DNA of 64,000 bases. It comes from Chlorokybus atmophyticus. Taxonomy: Eukaryota > Plantae > Mesostigma and Chlorokybus algae. Below are positions 49,701 to 64,000 of this stretch, piece by piece. The stretch spans positions 411,924 to 475,923 of the forward strand of contig RHPI01000773.1 in NCBI GenBank assembly GCA_009103225.1. The letters run 5' to 3'. The notes under the pieces were generated by a model, which did no database searches, was not told the DNA's origin, and was given only the letters and a program-made list of their open reading frames with translations. Position 1 is the stretch's first letter. Each line of letters opens with the position of its first letter. The position numbers and the translations under genes were made by a program.

Positions 49701-51428
49701 GCTTACAAATCATTGATGCAGAGCGTTTCACTCTAGGTCAGGCCATGCTTCAGAGGCAGCCTGTCATCAGCGCAAAGCCAATGAGTGCAGACATCACACG
49801 TATTGAGCGTGTTGGCAGAGAGCTGGTGGTGAGTAACTTTGTAAGGTGAATGGTATGATTGTCACAGTTAGCCAAGTAAAAACAAGAAGAGTTCGCTCAC
49901 ACAACTTCCAGGCAACGCTTGCAGTACCTGTCTTGACTCCAGAAAAGCTCCCACCGTATCCTGAAACGGACCACGATCCAAGCATTGCGTTTGGTCCCAT
50001 GCTTGGCGTGTTGATGGTGGTGCGGTACGTTGGCTTGTATACCGGTTGTAGTGGCCGCGGCTGGAGCATCTGAAAGCATAAGAAATGCATGCAGTTACAA
50101 GCGGAAGCAAGGGCAGAAGGCGAGCGACACTGCTGAGCCTGGGCAATACCACCAAGAGGATGCACATGAGCTGGCCGGCATTGCTAAGATGTTGGCACCG
50201 GCTATTGCGAGCGCGCTTAGATATCAGGCAAGTATGCCATTGCAGTGTATAAGCCAGGAAGCAGCAAACTACTGCTGCTGACAAAAGAAGGCTGTTGTTG
50301 CCAACAACAGCCTTCTTTTGTCAACCATGCACACAGTCAGGTTCAGTCACAACTTTATGGTCATGCGCTCTGTCAACCATGTCTCAAGCTTGATGCGGTG
50401 CTGTCTGCTTGCAGGCAGTATGCCGCAGCACATTGCGCGCAGAAGCGGAACTGGATGAAGCTCAGGTATGCACTGTTTTTCATGGTTGCATTGATGTATG
50501 GTATTGCCGAGAGATGTGGTGAACCAAACCTTACCTACTGCAGAAGATGCTGGCGGCTTGCGCGCGTGCAACAGCTTCGTTGTCTCCTGGCATTGTGTTG
50601 GCAACTGTGCCGCAATGTGCTGCAGAGCTCCTGCATGCACAAAAATCAGCGCTGTATGTGTATGACGACATCAACAAGTGCTTATCAGGGTACGCTGCCT
50701 CCATACATCCCAAAGAAGGTGTGAGCATAGTGCTGCCCTAGGATGTTGGACTACGTAGATGGCGGCTTATCGATGATGCTGTTTGCAGATCCAAGGCTCA
50801 GAGAACACTTGTCCATTGCACTGAATGAACCATCAATGTTGACGGCATGCGCCACGCTGAATACTGTGATGATAGCACATGATGCTAGCGCGCATGCCAG
50901 TTACAATGCTCGGGTGGGTGCGCGCACAAGCTTAGAATCACAGCTGGTGTTGCGCTGTTGTTTTGTCTTCAATGTTCCGACACAGGTGGATGCTGCTACT
51001 GGCGTGCAAGGGGCGTGTTTGATGGCACCCATTGCTTGCCCTATTTCAAGCAGTGTATCTGCTGTGCTGGTGGTAGGCACAACCATTGCAAACTGTCTTG
51101 TGATGATATGCTATGACAAACACCAGGCACGTAAGCCTCTTCAATAATGCTGTAGATCTGGGAGAAAACTGAAGGTGACTTCAACTCACACGATGTGGAG
51201 CGGATGCAAAAGTTCACACCTCTGGTGAGCAGCCAACTACTTGTCGTGTCATTATTATGCGCGTCATGGATATGGTATACCTGGTGCTCCACTGCGCACA
51301 CTGCATACGGCCAGGTAGCTAATGGTCTCCCTTTGCAGGCTTACTTTGCGCTGCGCAACTCCATTGAGTACGTGCAACGCTGCCACATCGTGCAGAGTGG
51401 CAACCCGCATGGAGCCATGCAACTATAG
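46737..51428 (+). CDS. Protein with three tandem GAF domains; no effector domain recognised; spans a gap
   Basis: GAF-like exons HVMVHSGGCVSVSDAARDSRFITLIDGPARALMTIPLEKSGAVVGVLQ|V...FSKEDE, GPMLGVLMVV...YHQEDAHEL, and AHDASAHASYNAR|VDAATG..CLMAPI...SAVLV...FNSHDVERM. Many short introns; 5' exons tentative. Confidence 0.72.
46940..47105. other. Assembly gap flanked by C-rich tracts
   Basis: Run of N. Confidence 1.
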
Positions 51429-52203
51429 CAGCATACTCTGGTGAAATCCCTTCATCAAGAAACTTGGTTGCCATGTGTACATCTCGTGCCCAGTGGCATA
51501 CCAGACGTAGCACCAGAATGCATACTTCACCAGCATCTTGCCATCGCAGTAGTGCTGTGCAACTGCTGCGGCAGGATGCCTACTGCAAAACAGATCACAG
51601 AGCGTATGTTTCACATTGACAGATTACTCACCAGAGCAGCAATCTGCCGGGATTGACTATGCCTTGCAATGAATGACGAGGTCCATGGCAAGGGGACCAA
51701 CAATTTGAATCTTGTTGTGAATGCAGAACACAGAGGCCTAAGAGTATGCCACAAACAAACAGACACCAGTCGTGGTGGTGTCGCCATTCTGTACTTGTAC
51801 AAACAACATGGGGCGTCATTGCTCATGCAATGTGTCATGCAGTGTATGTCAGGATTCGCCTTGTGCCATTGCAACGCTGTTACTACCAATATCAACACTT
51901 GCATGGAAACTAAACATTCCACCGTATCGTTGGCCAGGGACCTTCTTTTCACACAAAAGAGGCTTTCAGCATAGCGCGCTACACTCACCCATTTACATAT
52001 GTATATAGAGTGTACACGTTTCAACACTACAGGGTTCAAGTAGCCAGTGAACTGACGCGGCAAATCAGACTTGCTGCCGTAAAGGCAAGTGTAATGTCTG
52101 TATGCTGCCTCAGGCTTGCATGCGCTCTAGGACAGGACAATAATCAGCAAGTGCAGGCAAAGTCTCCGTGTATGAAGGCTGTACAGTAGCTGGCAAGCTG
52201 AAT

Positions 52204-55200
52204 CTACAAGGCCTGAATCCGTTTCGACTGCGCTGCAAAATCCACATGCTTGAACCGCACAGCTCCCAACACCTGTACAACAGAAAACGATACGACATTG
52301 ACTTAGGCAAGAGACATGCAACAACACCATACGCACATCCTGTTTCATACTCAGCATCCACACACGCACCACTTCAGGCAGTTCTTCTTGCGATCGGCCC
52401 TCAAGCAAGAAGTACAGGTCCACAACGAGCGATGCCGTGACGGGGTTGACGAGTTTCATGACGGAGTTGGCTGCGCTGGACGATGCCACGTCAATGTCCA
52501 CCTCAACATAGTTCTCCCCACGATGCACGGCCATGCGCAGCTTCTTCCCGATCACCACAGGGTGTTCACCCACTGCGGACCGTATCACCCACGAACCCTT
52601 CTGAACCTTAGGGATCATCTTGAAAGTCTGGCTCTGGTCCATCAGACTCGACCCGAGAAACTTGTTCAACAACTTGCTGAATGCGGATGACCCGTTAAGC
52701 ACTTCGGGGTTGCGAGCGGCAAAGTAAGCGGCCACAGAGTAGTGCTCGGCGCCTGTAACCATGATCTGGACCACAAAGGTAAAGGGGAGGGTGCTGTTGG
52801 AGTTGTTGTTGCGGCTTCGCGCATACACGCTCTCGGGATGAGAGGCGATGTGCTCCATCGGTCGGTCCAATACGAACAAGTCCACGCCCACGAGCGCAAA
52901 CTTGGCCTCTGTGGCGTTCATCTTCAGTCGGTCCTGCTCACACACACATACACAGAGTCGTTGACGTTGTTGTGTCATGTTGTGTGCTTCAAGCCTTGCT
53001 AGTGAATGGAGGGGACATTCTGACCTGAAGATAGGTCATGCCGCGCACTTTCAACGCCGTTACATCTGGTTCATCCCAATGATCCTCATCAAGACCCCCG
53101 CCAATCTGCACAAGAAGAGGGTTCATGCAACACGTCACACTGATAACACGGGTACCACAACCAGAGTCTCAGAGTCAGTTGCCCTCATGTGTGACGTACC
53201 AACTGTTACAAACACTAATAGGATGTGTCAGTTGCATCGTAGCCCAAAGGTTCATACATAACACAACAAACCAACCAACTTCACACGATGTGACAACATT
53301 GACAACATTGACAGCAGTTCTGGATTGCTCTCCTGTAACTTACCCTCGGTAACACGCCAAAGGAGAGCATCTCTCCCTTCTTGTAGATATCACCAGCTGG
53401 ATGTGAGGTTGTTATGCCAGCTGCAGCTGCGGCCGTGGTGGGTGCCACCGTTGTAGTCATTGGCGCGACTGACGTCCTTGTTGTTAATGCTGTCGGTGAC
53501 GGCGCGTACCGACTGTTGGACCCCACAGTGGTGTCCAATGCGTCCTCATCGTCGTCCAAACCCGCAAACCGACTGTCCGCAAACTCGCCCTGCTCCACTG
53601 TCTCACGCACGGCTACAACACAACAACAATACCAATGCAACGTTGTGAGTGGCATGCAATGCTGAGGAGCATTGTCGAGGCAATGGATGATGAAGCAAGC
53701 ATTTTAGTTGGTTGCAAAGCACCTCATGATACCTGCCAGAAGCAGAACCACTCTGAAGTCCTCCACAGTTGCATTCTCCGCCCAAGACCTGAGCCACTGC
53801 AACACGCACACACACACGCAAACACACGCAGTGAATAACACGCACGCACGCACGCACATACGCCTGCGCGTACGCGCATGCACATATGCACACGCACACA
53901 CACGCGCACACAAAAAAGACCCCACATCCCACCACAACACAGACCTGTCGCCAGCATCACACACACAACAACAAACCTGGCCGATGCGTTCCCAAAAGTT
54001 TGGTTTCCAGTCGACTTGCGAGCACTGCGTGACAAGACAATCCCGCCGGTTGCTGTTGATGTTGTTGTTATCCTCCCCCTTTGATCGATATCTGCGTTGC
54101 TGGATAGTGAATCCCGTCCCCGTGACTTCTGCCCTCACGCAGTTATCGCCCGGAGGCGGGCACGCCGGGTGCGTGGTGCTCGATGTCAGCACGATGAAGC
54201 TGCCATCGCCTTCCCGTCGCGATATCCGCAGGATGCACATGTCGCGTCGCCGCGGCCGGATGAAGGACAACATGTTGGGTTGGTGCTTGGAACGGAAGGA
54301 AGCCACGATGTGGTACACGGACTTCTGATCGTCGATGTGCTCGATGAGTGTGGCGGAAACGATGAAAGGAGCCCACAACGGCCACGTGCGCACGTCGTCG
54401 AGAAGACTCCACACCGTCTCGGCCGGCGCCCTCACCTGTAAGCGTGCATGAGTGTGTGAAGGTGTGACATGCATGCACGTGCACAAACACACACTAGAAC
54501 ACACGCACGCGCATACGCACATACGCACACTAGCACCCACCCACGCACGTATGCGTACACATATGCACCTCGGTTGTTTGCACACGTGGACGATGAGTGT
54601 GGATATGTAAACATGCAACCAAGCGCACAGATGCACAAACAGTTTGACTGCACGCTAGTTCACACAACGCGATGTGCATGCATCTGTGCAATGTGTTAGG
54701 GTAAGCGCATGTACGCGCATGTGTGCGCACTCATTGAGGTCATCATGTTTCCTTTGCATATGCGTCATCATTACCACTGTGCTGGCGCGAACAACAACAG
54801 GCGCGCTGTACAGCTGCAGCCTGTCCGATGTAAGCATCACGCCGTTGATATACCTCCTCCCCATCTTCTCTTTATGCATCTTGACCCTGCAACACCACCT
54901 CATTGACACCAACAACACAACGATACCAGAATCACAACCACTTCATTATCATCACCTCAAGTGCATCAGCTGCTCCGCGGGGTTGAGCGAACCCGTCGCG
55001 GCAATGTTGCGGTGGCCCTTGTGTTGGGTTGATGGTGATTGGCGTGGTAGTAGTTGTTGGTGTTGTTGTTGTTGTTGTTGTCGTGGTAGTAGCTGGTCTT
55101 GTGACGAGGGTTGTAGGTGTAGCAGTTGTTGTGTCGCTGTCGGCGTGGCTGGCTCGCTGATTGAGATGACCGATGCGCCGTCGTCGTCATCATCACCTTT

Positions 55201-55882
55201 GTACAAAGAGGCGCTGGACAGCTGCAGAGTGTTGTGTGAGTGTGCGAGCGCGTGTGTATCTATACGCACGCAAGCGCATGTCCATGTGTGTTTGTGCAAG
55301 TGTGTGCACATGCGTGCATGCACATGCGCATGCGTATGCATGCACGTGCACACGCGCGCACGCACATACACATTCACTCATCGATTGTGATGTTGCTTGC
55401 CTGTGGACCAAATCCCATGGCCATGAGGCTCTTTGCTGTTCGCAGCCTCAACATCGGGCTGTCGGCGATCACCGCCTGCGTGTATGTGTTCAAGCATGTG
55501 TCTGGTTGCATTGCAGCAGAACAATATGCATCGTGCACATACTCATCGTGCTCACCTGGATGCTTTGCACCCACGAGCGCTTCTCCTCAACCGACTCAGC
55601 CGCGAGGTAAAACGTGCGAACTGCATGCGGAACACATACCCATCAACACCCGCATGCACCTTTGTCACACGCACAAGCAAAGTTGCACGCGGGTGTGTGC
55701 ATGTGTCTCAATGTGGATATGATTGCGCGTATCCGCATGCACACCCAAACTTGCGTGCAAGCACGCACGCACGCACGCACGCACGCACGCGCGCGCGCAC
55801 AAGCGCACATGCACACATGCGCCCACGCCCACACATATATGCACCTTCAGTGTTTCTATAGCCGCTGTGATCATCCTCATCC

Positions 55883-55915
<33 letters not shown>

Positions 55916-56601
55916 TTGCTGTAGACGACAGCCGGTGCGGTGACTTTGAACGAGTTCGGGTGGAGGCTGGGACTGAGACCCGCGCCGCCGTAGTGGGGGA
56001 CGTAGCGTGTCCACGCGCTCCAGCGGCCGCGCTCGGGACGCATCTCGCCGGACTCGAGGGAGGCCACTAGCTGCAACACATCACCGCCGGTAAATACATG
56101 CACACACTCTGCGTGTGTACATTTATGTGTGTGTGTAGGCGCGCACACCCACACGCTTATGCATTTGTAGACAGTCACATTGTGTGCTAGGACCCCACGG
56201 TATCATCATAACTAAAGTGGGTGTCATGACACCTGTGCGCCTGGTGCCCATAGGTCAAGGCTCCGCCGCACATCGTCGCTCTTCTTGCTGTCATCCGTGT
56301 AGTACGCCAGACGCCCGTTTTCCGCATCCAACACAAACCACCTCCTGAGAAAAGAGTGTGCATGTTTAGGTACGCCCACAACACAACAGCACCCCTCCCC
56401 TTGCACACACGCCCACGCACACACATGCGCCCATGCGCGCGCACGCACACGCACACGCACACACCTGTGCCAGTGCGCCGAGTGGCTCGCGCGCTTCTCC
56501 AGCCATCCGCACTTGACGAGCGTCTGCACCTGCGGGGTCATCGGCGAAAGGGGCTCCGCCGACAGCAGCGGCCGCCTGCCAGCGGCGCCGCGCTGGAACA
56601 T
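52204..56601 (-). CDS. EDR2: EDR2-like PH-START-DUF1336 lipid-transfer protein
   Basis: PH: KCGWLEKR...WHR|RWFVLD...LAYY. START: APAETVWSLL...W...RRRDMCILRISRREGDGSFIVL.SSTTHPACPP. DUF1336: FALVGVDLF...PFTFVVQIMV...FKMIPKVQKGSWVIRSAVG..PVVIGK...YVEVDIDVASS...ELPEV|VLGAVRFKHVD. TAG at 52206-52204. Confidence 0.92.
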
Positions 56602-57551
56602 CGTTGCTGGTGATGGTGTTGTGGTTGGCTTGGTGTTGTGCTGGCTTGTGAGAGGGGTGAGTGAGACTGGATGATAGAATGGGGAAAGGGGGCAGTGTTT
56701 TGTGTAATGTGGGCTCTCTGTCTCTCTCCCCCCCCCCCCTTTCTTCAGTCTAGGCGTGTCTCTCTTCGCTCGTGCTGTGCTGCAGGCAAAATAGAGGAAA
56801 TGGCATTGCAATGAGAGTAATCGACTTTCGTTCATGACACGCATTGGTTTAATTCAATGACGCGGTTTTCACTGTCAGAATTGTTGCATGGCACGCTTGA
56901 TTGCATGATGGCCATAATGCAGAGTAATTGCCAGAATACTGCACGATAGATATCAAGAGCTGTACTCTATGATAGAACAAGCCAATAAAATGCTTGATGA
57001 ACGTAAGCATGACACATTATCAGCAACCTATGGTGTACAAAGCCGTTAGTGTGCCAGGCATTACGAAACTGAAGGCAATAACAGAGCAAGATAATGCTAA
57101 ACAGCCTTTGCATTGCGTAATCAGTTATGTGAAGGAGACGATGATAACGAATTGGCATTGTTATGTCGATAGGTGTGTATGTTAATAACTATGTCTGAAA
57201 TGTGGGGGTGGTTGTTGTTGGTGACGCATGCATCGTCCAAGCATTATTTCCACGGCAGGCGCTACTGACCTACACCAAGACGAAAGTACTCTTCCACCCC
57301 TGTCCTTGTCCTCCTCTTTCTTCTCCTCCTTCTCCTCCGCCTGGCCCGCCGCACGGCGCGCCGAGCGGCAGATCCAGTCCGTACACGTCAGCGTCAGACT
57401 GATCCCTGCTGTTAATACTTCCGGAAGGATGCAACGAGCTAAGCTTCCAAGTAGTAGTTGCGGCATAGCTTTCGGAAGACAAGCTGTAGGGCACTTGGGA
57501 CACGTGGCGGTCAGACATGTGCTTCCCGCCGCCGCTTGGCCGCGGAGTAGC

Positions 57552-58075
57552 ATGGCGGCAGCGGCGGCGGTGATTGAGGCGAAGGGGCTGAGGGACGGAG
57601 AGGAAGCTGCTGCTGCCAGCGTTGAGGCCCGGCTGCTGGTAGCAGTGAGGAGAGGAGAGGAATCCGTCTCCTCCGCCGCGGCCTTCGTGTCCCCAGCGGC
57701 AGCGGCAGCGGCAGCGGCGGCGGCGGAGGTTGAGGATGAGGTGATCGATGATATTTTTGCTCATACCTCAGATGAACGCGTGGAGGTGATTGTCTGCCCA
57801 TCTCAACCCCGCCCATACGCAGGTCTGATGCTGCTTGACTTGGCTAGTCATGCTCGTCACATGCATACACGCCGCCGCCGTCGTCGTTGTCGTCCTCATT
57901 CTCATACTTGTCGAAGTCGAGCATGAGTCATCATTCTGGTGTATGCGTGCAGTGGCGAGAGAATGCGAAGGGCGCGACGCCGATGGCAACTGCTCTGGTG
58001 ATGACGAGGAAGAAGACGGCTCGGATACGTCCAGCAGAAGGCTTAGAGACAAACTGCGAAGAGTGGTATATTGTT
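57552..58075 (+). CDS. Low-complexity hypothetical exons, possibly an N-terminal extension of the YqaJ gene
   Basis: Coding-like frames MAAAAAVIEAKG...EVIDDIFAHTSDERVEVIVCP and CSGDDEEEDGSDTSSRRLRDKLRRV|GT. No homology recognised. Confidence 0.3.
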
Positions 58076-58179
58076 GGACATGTTGACACACGTTTGGTGC
58101 GTATATGTGCGCACACAAGTATGAACAATGGCTTACTTGTAACACTGCAGAAGTTTTGATAGACTCGTGCTCGAATTAC

Positions 58180-59149
58180 ATGCAGGACTCGCAGCGGGTC
58201 TTTGTGCGCATCGAGCGCCTCACAGCAAGGTGTGTGTACGTGGTAGTGTGGTACATTGCTAATCGTTAAACCAGATGGAGACAGTACAGGTGCAATGTGA
58301 CCATGTTGGATCTCTCATTGCTCATTGCATGCTGTGCAGCTACTTTGCTGCAGCGGTAGGGCTGGGCTTTGCATCCCCGCGGTCGTTGTGGGAGTACCTC
58401 ACAGGTCGTCTCGGGCCCCAATGGCAGGTAAATTAGGAGAGCGCGTGTGCGTGCGCGTGATCATGTCGCGGCAGCATCAACAAGCACATTCTATACATAG
58501 GGCAACCATCACACTGAGCGAGGCGAGCGGCGCGAATGTTATGGCAAGCTCGCGTACGAGTTCTGCATGGACAGCGTCGTCTCCCCACCCCAGTTTCGCA
58601 TGCACGACCGGCACTCGTGGCTCGGCGCATGCCCGGACGGCCTTGTCGGCGCGGATGGGTTGATAGAAATAAAGTCCCCCGCTAGACGCGCGCACACACA
58701 CGTTCCGAGACACAACATGCCGCAGCTGCAAGGCGAGCTGGAGATATGCGAGCGGGAGTGGGTGGACTTCACATCGTTCACACGAGACCACCTCGTGGTA
58801 TGAAACCATTGGTTGCTGCATTCACTTGTGTCACCGACAAAAGTGATCAATGGTTTCATACCAGGTGATAAGGGTGATGAGGAGTAAAGAGTACTGGACT
58901 TGGTTATTGCCAAGGCTTCAAGACTTCTACTGTTGTTTGCAAGCGGATGTTGAGCCAACGCCGTTGGCGCGTGTGAGGGACCTCAAGCCGCCTCCTGTTG
59001 AGACCAAGCTTGTGCTTGATACAGCGCTATGCGAGTTCTGGGAACATCATAAAGCACACATGGAAGCTCTTAACGTCAACGAGCAGCAGCAACAGCAGAA
59101 GGAGGAAGGATTGAAGCAGCAGCAGCAGCAGCAGCAAGATATTACATGA
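58180..59149 (+). CDS. YqaJ-like viral recombinase (lambda exonuclease-type PD-(D/E)xK) domain protein
   Basis: RLTAS|YFAAAVGLG...LWEYLTG, GNHHT.RG..E, WLGACPDGLVGADGLIEIKSP, MPQLQGELEICEREWVDF. Catalytic D and ExK intact; four introns; poly-Q tail; TGA at 59147-59149. Confidence 0.87.
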
Positions 59150-59383
59150 TCATGAAGTACATAATCATCATTAACAATGGCTGCAGGAGATTCAGGTGCT
59201 TCTAGCACACGAGTGTACATTATAAATTGACAATTGGATTGGGTATTGTTAGTGCGCAAGGCAAAGGCAGTAAGAGAACACAGTGCATCCATGTTATTGC
59301 ACTGTATACTCTAGTCGTTCGGCTAAATTGCTCTGTTCCTGATGCATGACATACTAACCCTAACTCTGCAGGTTTTAATGCTA

Positions 59384-61008
59384 TCACTTCTTGGCTTGGG
59401 GCAGCGTAGCCACCTTCACCTGCAGAAATGGCGCGGTGAACATTGCATGCAGTGGGTACCAAGTATTGGTCGCTAAACTGCAGCATGTACTACTTCCGGT
59501 AACAGAGCACTGCACAGGGTGTGCACGCATGCGCACATGCACACTCGTCGCATGTGTGCGTGCGTACGCCTGCACGTCTGCGTATATGTGTGTGTGCATG
59601 TACGTGCGCATGCGCATGTACGTGCGTGCATATGTGGTGCTTACTTTGCCAGCATTTTCACCATCTCCAACAACCGCTTGACACGACAATCGCCACGACT
59701 CGGGCTTCTGCATAACAAATCAGAGACAAGCTGTATACCAACAACCAGATGTTGTATAGCTCGAACAGGCACACAGACACTCACATTCTTCAACTTTTTC
59801 GTTTCGGCGGCTGTTCGCTCAGACAGCCACTCCGCCCCCTCCAGCACCTGGTAAGAAGAAGTTTGTGTGATCCTGTAGTCACCACACCACCAACAACAAT
59901 TACAACCTCACCAACAACAACAAGGAGGTCCCTCACCTCAACAATACACGTGCCACAGTTGCCAGCGCCCCCGCAATTGCTCAGCTTGCCCTGCACGAGA
60001 GAGGAAAACATACTCACTACACACCAAGCAGATAACACATACACATGCATGTAACTTCAATCCCTCTGACAACCAGCTGTAAGAAGTATTTGTTGTGTGC
60101 TTACCCACGTTGTGTACATCTCGATCTTGTTCTCCTTCATGACGTTGCGCAATATGCGGCCGCTGTCGCAGTGCAACGATGTGACGGGCTCGCCATCCTG
60201 ATGATGCATGTCTGTAAGTATCAGTCAGTATTGTTTGGGCATCAAGAAGCCTGTGTGTGCGTTCCACACCGTACAATGAAAACACGGGGACAACAGCACA
60301 TCTTCATGGTGTGTGAGAGTGGATGTGTTACTGGGATGTGCGAGTGTAGCAGCGATGTACGCATGATGCATGATACAGCAGTGTGTATGTGAGTGTGCGC
60401 GCATGCGGCCATGCGCGTGCATGCGTGCTTGTATGGCCCTGCTGTGCACACGCACGCGCACGCGCAGAGAGTGAGAGCAGGCACTCGACTGGGAAACCTA
60501 ATTCATCAGACTGCGTAAGTTGCTGGAGAGTGCATCGCCGTTTTACGCGCACACAAACAGTAGATGTTGCCTGTTGTGACTGTCCTTGACGATTGTGCGT
60601 CTAATGTGTTGACAACTGACACAGTGCAATTCAGCTGTAGTGTGATATGGAGTCATCACCCGCTCTCACCCTGACGACATCCACGTCAAAGCCGCTGGCA
60701 GTAGTAGGCTCCTCCACCTCTTCCTCCTCCTCGCCCTCCGCCTTCTCCTCCGCGTTCTCCACCTGCTCCACCCTCTCCGCTTGCTCCGCCTCCCCAGCAG
60801 CAGCAGCGCACCCCACAATCACACCACGCTCCCTCCTCACACCAACACTGCCGTTCACACTAACACTACCTCCCACGCTAGCACCTTTCACGCCGACACC
60901 TTTGCTACGACTAAGTCGTTTCCTGCTAACACCGCCTGGCCGCCTTCGGTCTAGGGAGGCGGCGGCGTGTGCCGGCAGCAGCAGTAGAGCAGGCACAAGC
61001 GCAGCCAT
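59384..61008 (-). CDS. Plastid-targeted 2Fe-2S ferredoxin-like protein (PnsB3/NDF4-related family)
   Basis: Transit-like N-terminus, then SGRILRNVMKENKIEMYTTW|GKLSNCGGAGNCGTCIVE|V...SERTAAETKKLKN|KPESWRLSCQAVVGDGENAGK|VKVATLPQAKK*. Confidence 0.9.
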
Positions 61009-61392
61009 CACGACGACGACGACAACTACACGGCTGTTCCCTCTCACGTCGCCACCGACGTCGACGACGACAGCCCAGTCGGGTGACAGGACGCCAATCA
61101 CTTGTCAATCACGCACGCACCTTTGCCAGCTGGCACCAGAAGCATAAAAGCCAAGCATCATACACACGTGCGTTATGCCGAGTATGCACTGAATAGTGAC
61201 GTGACCAGCGCACTCGCGAGAAACGCTAACGTTACTCATAACATCAGGGTTACTTAACGTAGTTGTTGGCATACCTGTTCTGGCGTTGCGTTTGCACCAA
61301 TGCATTTGTAGTAAGTTAGCCGGCGTGTAGTAGCCGTGTGGTTGTTGGTATTGCTGTCAGACTCGTTGTCGGCGGCGGCGGGAGCGGCGACG
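61009..61392. promoter_or_regulatory. Short (about 385 bp) divergent intergenic region; probable bidirectional promoter
   Basis: Head-to-head ATGs at 61008 (-) and 61393 (+); tandem CAATCAC motifs near 61095-61110. Confidence 0.35.

Positions 61393-64000
<2,608 letters not shown>

Noticed and set aside
1481-59386. TAA/TAG-to-Gln genetic code, as in some Ulvophyceae
   Set aside because: Intact genes use only CAA/CAG for internal Gln (dozens of codons in BSL, EDR2 and the coiled-coil genes) and end in TAG/TAA at homolog-consistent positions. In-frame TAGs occur only in sequences that also carry frameshifts.
60470-60525. Extra ferredoxin exon (SDELGFPVE)
   Set aside because: The flanking exons already join in phase and restore family spacing without it.

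Overview
Intron-rich eukaryotic nuclear DNA, most likely from a green alga. That is an inference from a BSL/PPKL Kelch phosphatase, an EDR2-like PH-START-DUF1336 gene, a plastid-type 2Fe-2S ferredoxin and a chromovirus. The standard genetic code fits. I reconstructed about 14 spliced genes by hand: an ABM-domain protein, a CPYC glutaredoxin, a Cys-rich membrane protein, two tandem coiled-coil paralogs, two small membrane proteins, a secreted double SnoaL/NTF2 protein, a BSL phosphatase, a triple-GAF protein, an EDR2-like protein, a YqaJ nuclease, a ferredoxin and a UMP-CMP kinase. The window also holds two adjacent intron-bearing pseudogenes (IDO-like and DUF1537/class-II aldolase), a full-length decayed Ty3/Gypsy chromovirus (22371-29326) and three assembly gaps. 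Best leads: (1) the UMP-CMP kinase appears spliced in frame to a CaMKII hub (association) domain exon; (2) the chromovirus carries a degenerate Dam-like methyltransferase domain between gag and protease, and its LTRs are tiled by six hairpins; (3) GC-AG introns look enriched; (4) the coiled-coil paralogs end in a MinD-like amphipathic tail. All homology calls come from remembered motifs, not database searches, and exon boundaries are manual.
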